Part shown: piece after piece, positions 62,567 through 64,000 of the stretch | How the letters are laid out: each line of letters begins with the position of its first letter | Numbering within the stretch: the stretch's first letter is position 1 | Origin: an uncultured cyanobacterium | Lineage (GTDB): Bacteria > Cyanobacteriota > Cyanobacteriia > Phormidesmidales > Phormidesmidaceae | DNA length: 64,000 nucleotides | NCBI GenBank assembly: GCA_963793265.1 | Contig: CAWBZI010000004.1 | Span: forward strand, 448,001 to 512,000 | Direction: 5' to 3' | Notes under the pieces: model-generated | What the model saw: the letters and a program-made list of their open reading frames with translations, nothing else | Told to the model about the DNA's origin: nothing | Databases searched by the model: none | Translations under genes and position numbers: made by a program

Positions 62567-63695
62567 GCATGAAGGTCTTAAACTCCTGACGGCGCTGCTT
62601 CCAACGGCGAATAGAAGCCGCTTGGCGACTAGCTTGTGATCGCCCCCCTTCCTCGCCATAGCTTTCTACCAAGCAAGCCTTAGCCTTTTGCGCAATCGGC
62701 TTAGTGGTCAGGCACGGTGTTAACGCCTCGTAGTGATCTTCTAAGCTCATCGCGCGCTCAAGTGCCTCAATCGATTGAAAACGGCGCGCGGTTTCAGGGT
62801 GGAGCATCTTTGCCACAATGCGTGTGAAGTGCGGGCTGAGGCTAACAGACTCCTGCCAGCGGAGGTTTTGCCCTTGCGGAGAAACCGCCAGATCTAAAGG
62901 AGAAATTTTGGTGAGCAAATACAGACAGGTGACGCCGAGAGCATAGATATCGCTGGCATAAGAAGGCTTGCCCGCAAGCTGCTCACTGGGAGAGAAGCCA
63001 AGGGTGCCGGTACCGCGATCGCCTTCTCCCGACAGCGCATCGTTCGGATACCGGCGAACCGCACCAAAATCTATCAGCACCAGACGGTCGTCGCTGCTGC
63101 GACGAATGATATTAGAAGGCTTGATATCTAAATGCAGCAAGCCCTGGCGGTGAATATAGTGAACGATCGGCAGCATGTCTCGCAGAAATTGCTTAACCTG
63201 CGCTTCTGTCTGCGGCCCGCTCTGGCTGATTTCGCGGCTGAGCGTCTGACCGTCAATATGCTCTTGGACGAGGTAAAACTGGCCTTTATCCGTAAAATGA
63301 TCTAGCAGACAGGGCAGCTGATTATGTCGGCCTAATCGGGCCATCATTCGCGTTTCCCTTAGGAACCGGCGCTTGATCCGCTCTTGGGCCATGGCCGTTT
63401 TTGCGCTTTGAGCAATCATTGCAGCCGGTTGAATCTGATACCGCAACTGCTTGATAACGCAGGGCAACGGCACTGGCCCTGAAACGTCTTGAGCCAAATA
63501 AGTTGTGCCAAACCCGCCTTTGCCTAACCGGCGAGTAATCTCAAAGCGATCTTTGAATAGACGCTTGGGTGACTGAACATTGCCCGCTTTGTCCTGAAAG
63601 CTGGTGATTTCTTCTCTGTCATTTCTATATTGTGTAGCGGGAGAAGTGGAAGCGATCGCAGGCGTTTCTAACGGGTGGAGCAAGGAGGAGTTCAT
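62559..63695 (-). CDS. Soluble Ser/Thr protein kinase
   Basis: LGKGGFG, VIKQL, HLDIKPSN, DFG, GTLGFSPSEQ. Confidence 0.9.
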   Translation of the reverse strand: MNSSLLHPLETPAIASTSPATQYRNDREEITSFQDKAGNVQSPKRLFKDRFEITRRLGKGGFGTTYLAQDVSGPVPLPCVIKQLRYQIQPAAMIAQSAKTAMAQERIKRRFLRETRMMARLGRHNQLPCLLDHFTDKGQFYLVQEHIDGQTLSREISQSGPQTEAQVKQFLRDMLPIVHYIHRQGLLHLDIKPSNIIRRSSDDRLVLIDFGAVRRYPNDALSGEGDRGTGTLGFSPSEQLAGKPSYASDIYALGVTCLYLLTKISPLDLAVSPQGQNLRWQESVSLSPHFTRIVAKMLHPETARRFQSIEALERAMSLEDHYEALTPCLTTKPIAQKAKACLVESYGEEGGRSQASRQAASIRRWKQRRQEFKTFMPK

Positions 63696-63833
63696 GGCAG
63701 TTCAGTACTTTCAGATGCGGGCAGGTGGTCAATCCAAAAAATCGAAAGATCAGTGTAAGTGCGTATAAAACACGTCTCTTTGTTTGATAATGGCCGCAAT
63801 ATTACTGAGATGCCTTCAGTATTGTTCTAAGCT

Positions 63834-64000
63834 TTAAATTAGACGATGAATAGGTAAGGAGAAGCTGAAGGTGCTGCCCACGTCTGGCTCACTTTGCGCG
63901 GTGATTTGGCCCCCTTGCAGCTCTACTAGGCGGCGGCAGATGGCCAGGCCAATGCCCGAACCGCCAGAGGTGCGATCGCGCGATCTATCGGCTCGCCAAA
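63834..64000 (-). CDS. C-terminus of a sensor histidine kinase (HATPase_c), partial
   Basis: Manual translation [54 protein letters not shown], containing the G2 box. Confidence 0.9.
   Translation of the reverse strand, partial: WRADRSRDRTSGGSGIGLAICRRLVELQGGQITAQSEPDVGSTFSFSLPIHRLI

Larger units (their letters stand above)
1..64000. repeat. Dispersed HIP1 octamer palindrome GCGATCGC
   Basis: Dozens of copies in coding and non-coding DNA (e.g. 1252-1259); chance expectation is about one per 64 kb; typical of cyanobacteria. Confidence 0.95.

Overview
Gene-dense chromosomal segment of a cyanobacterium. Evidence: the HIP1 octamer GCGATCGC recurs throughout, and LabA, cyanobacterial Hfq next to dapF and a CdgR/ComFB protein are present. 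A Leptolyngbyaceae/Synechococcus PCC 7335-like host is only a guess. Most genes are housekeeping (DAHP synthase, recN, mtnA, lipA, dapF, surE, trmJ, trmFO, gnd, dut, rpiA). I saw no rRNA, tRNA, CRISPR array or intact IS element. Most interesting: (1) a three-gene cluster at 675-7847 (predicted outer-membrane beta-barrel, exported FecR-domain protein with a very long acidic tail, CHASE2-sensor Ser/Thr kinase) that looks like a trans-envelope signalling system with kinase output; (2) an Rpn/DUF4351 gene with an apparent internal SD+ATG, beside an orphan MNT gene with a possible HEPN stub; (3) a cobalamin riboswitch-hupE-cobW unit; (4) LexA-type boxes between Sel1 and TPR genes; (5) a CapA-family protein lacking its metal ligands; (6) a 1300-aa DUF4347/lectin/sugar-dehydrogenase protein. 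A 53-aa DUF2256-like gene and a partial histidine kinase missed by the ORF track were also found. All family calls come from motif recognition by eye; no database searches were run.
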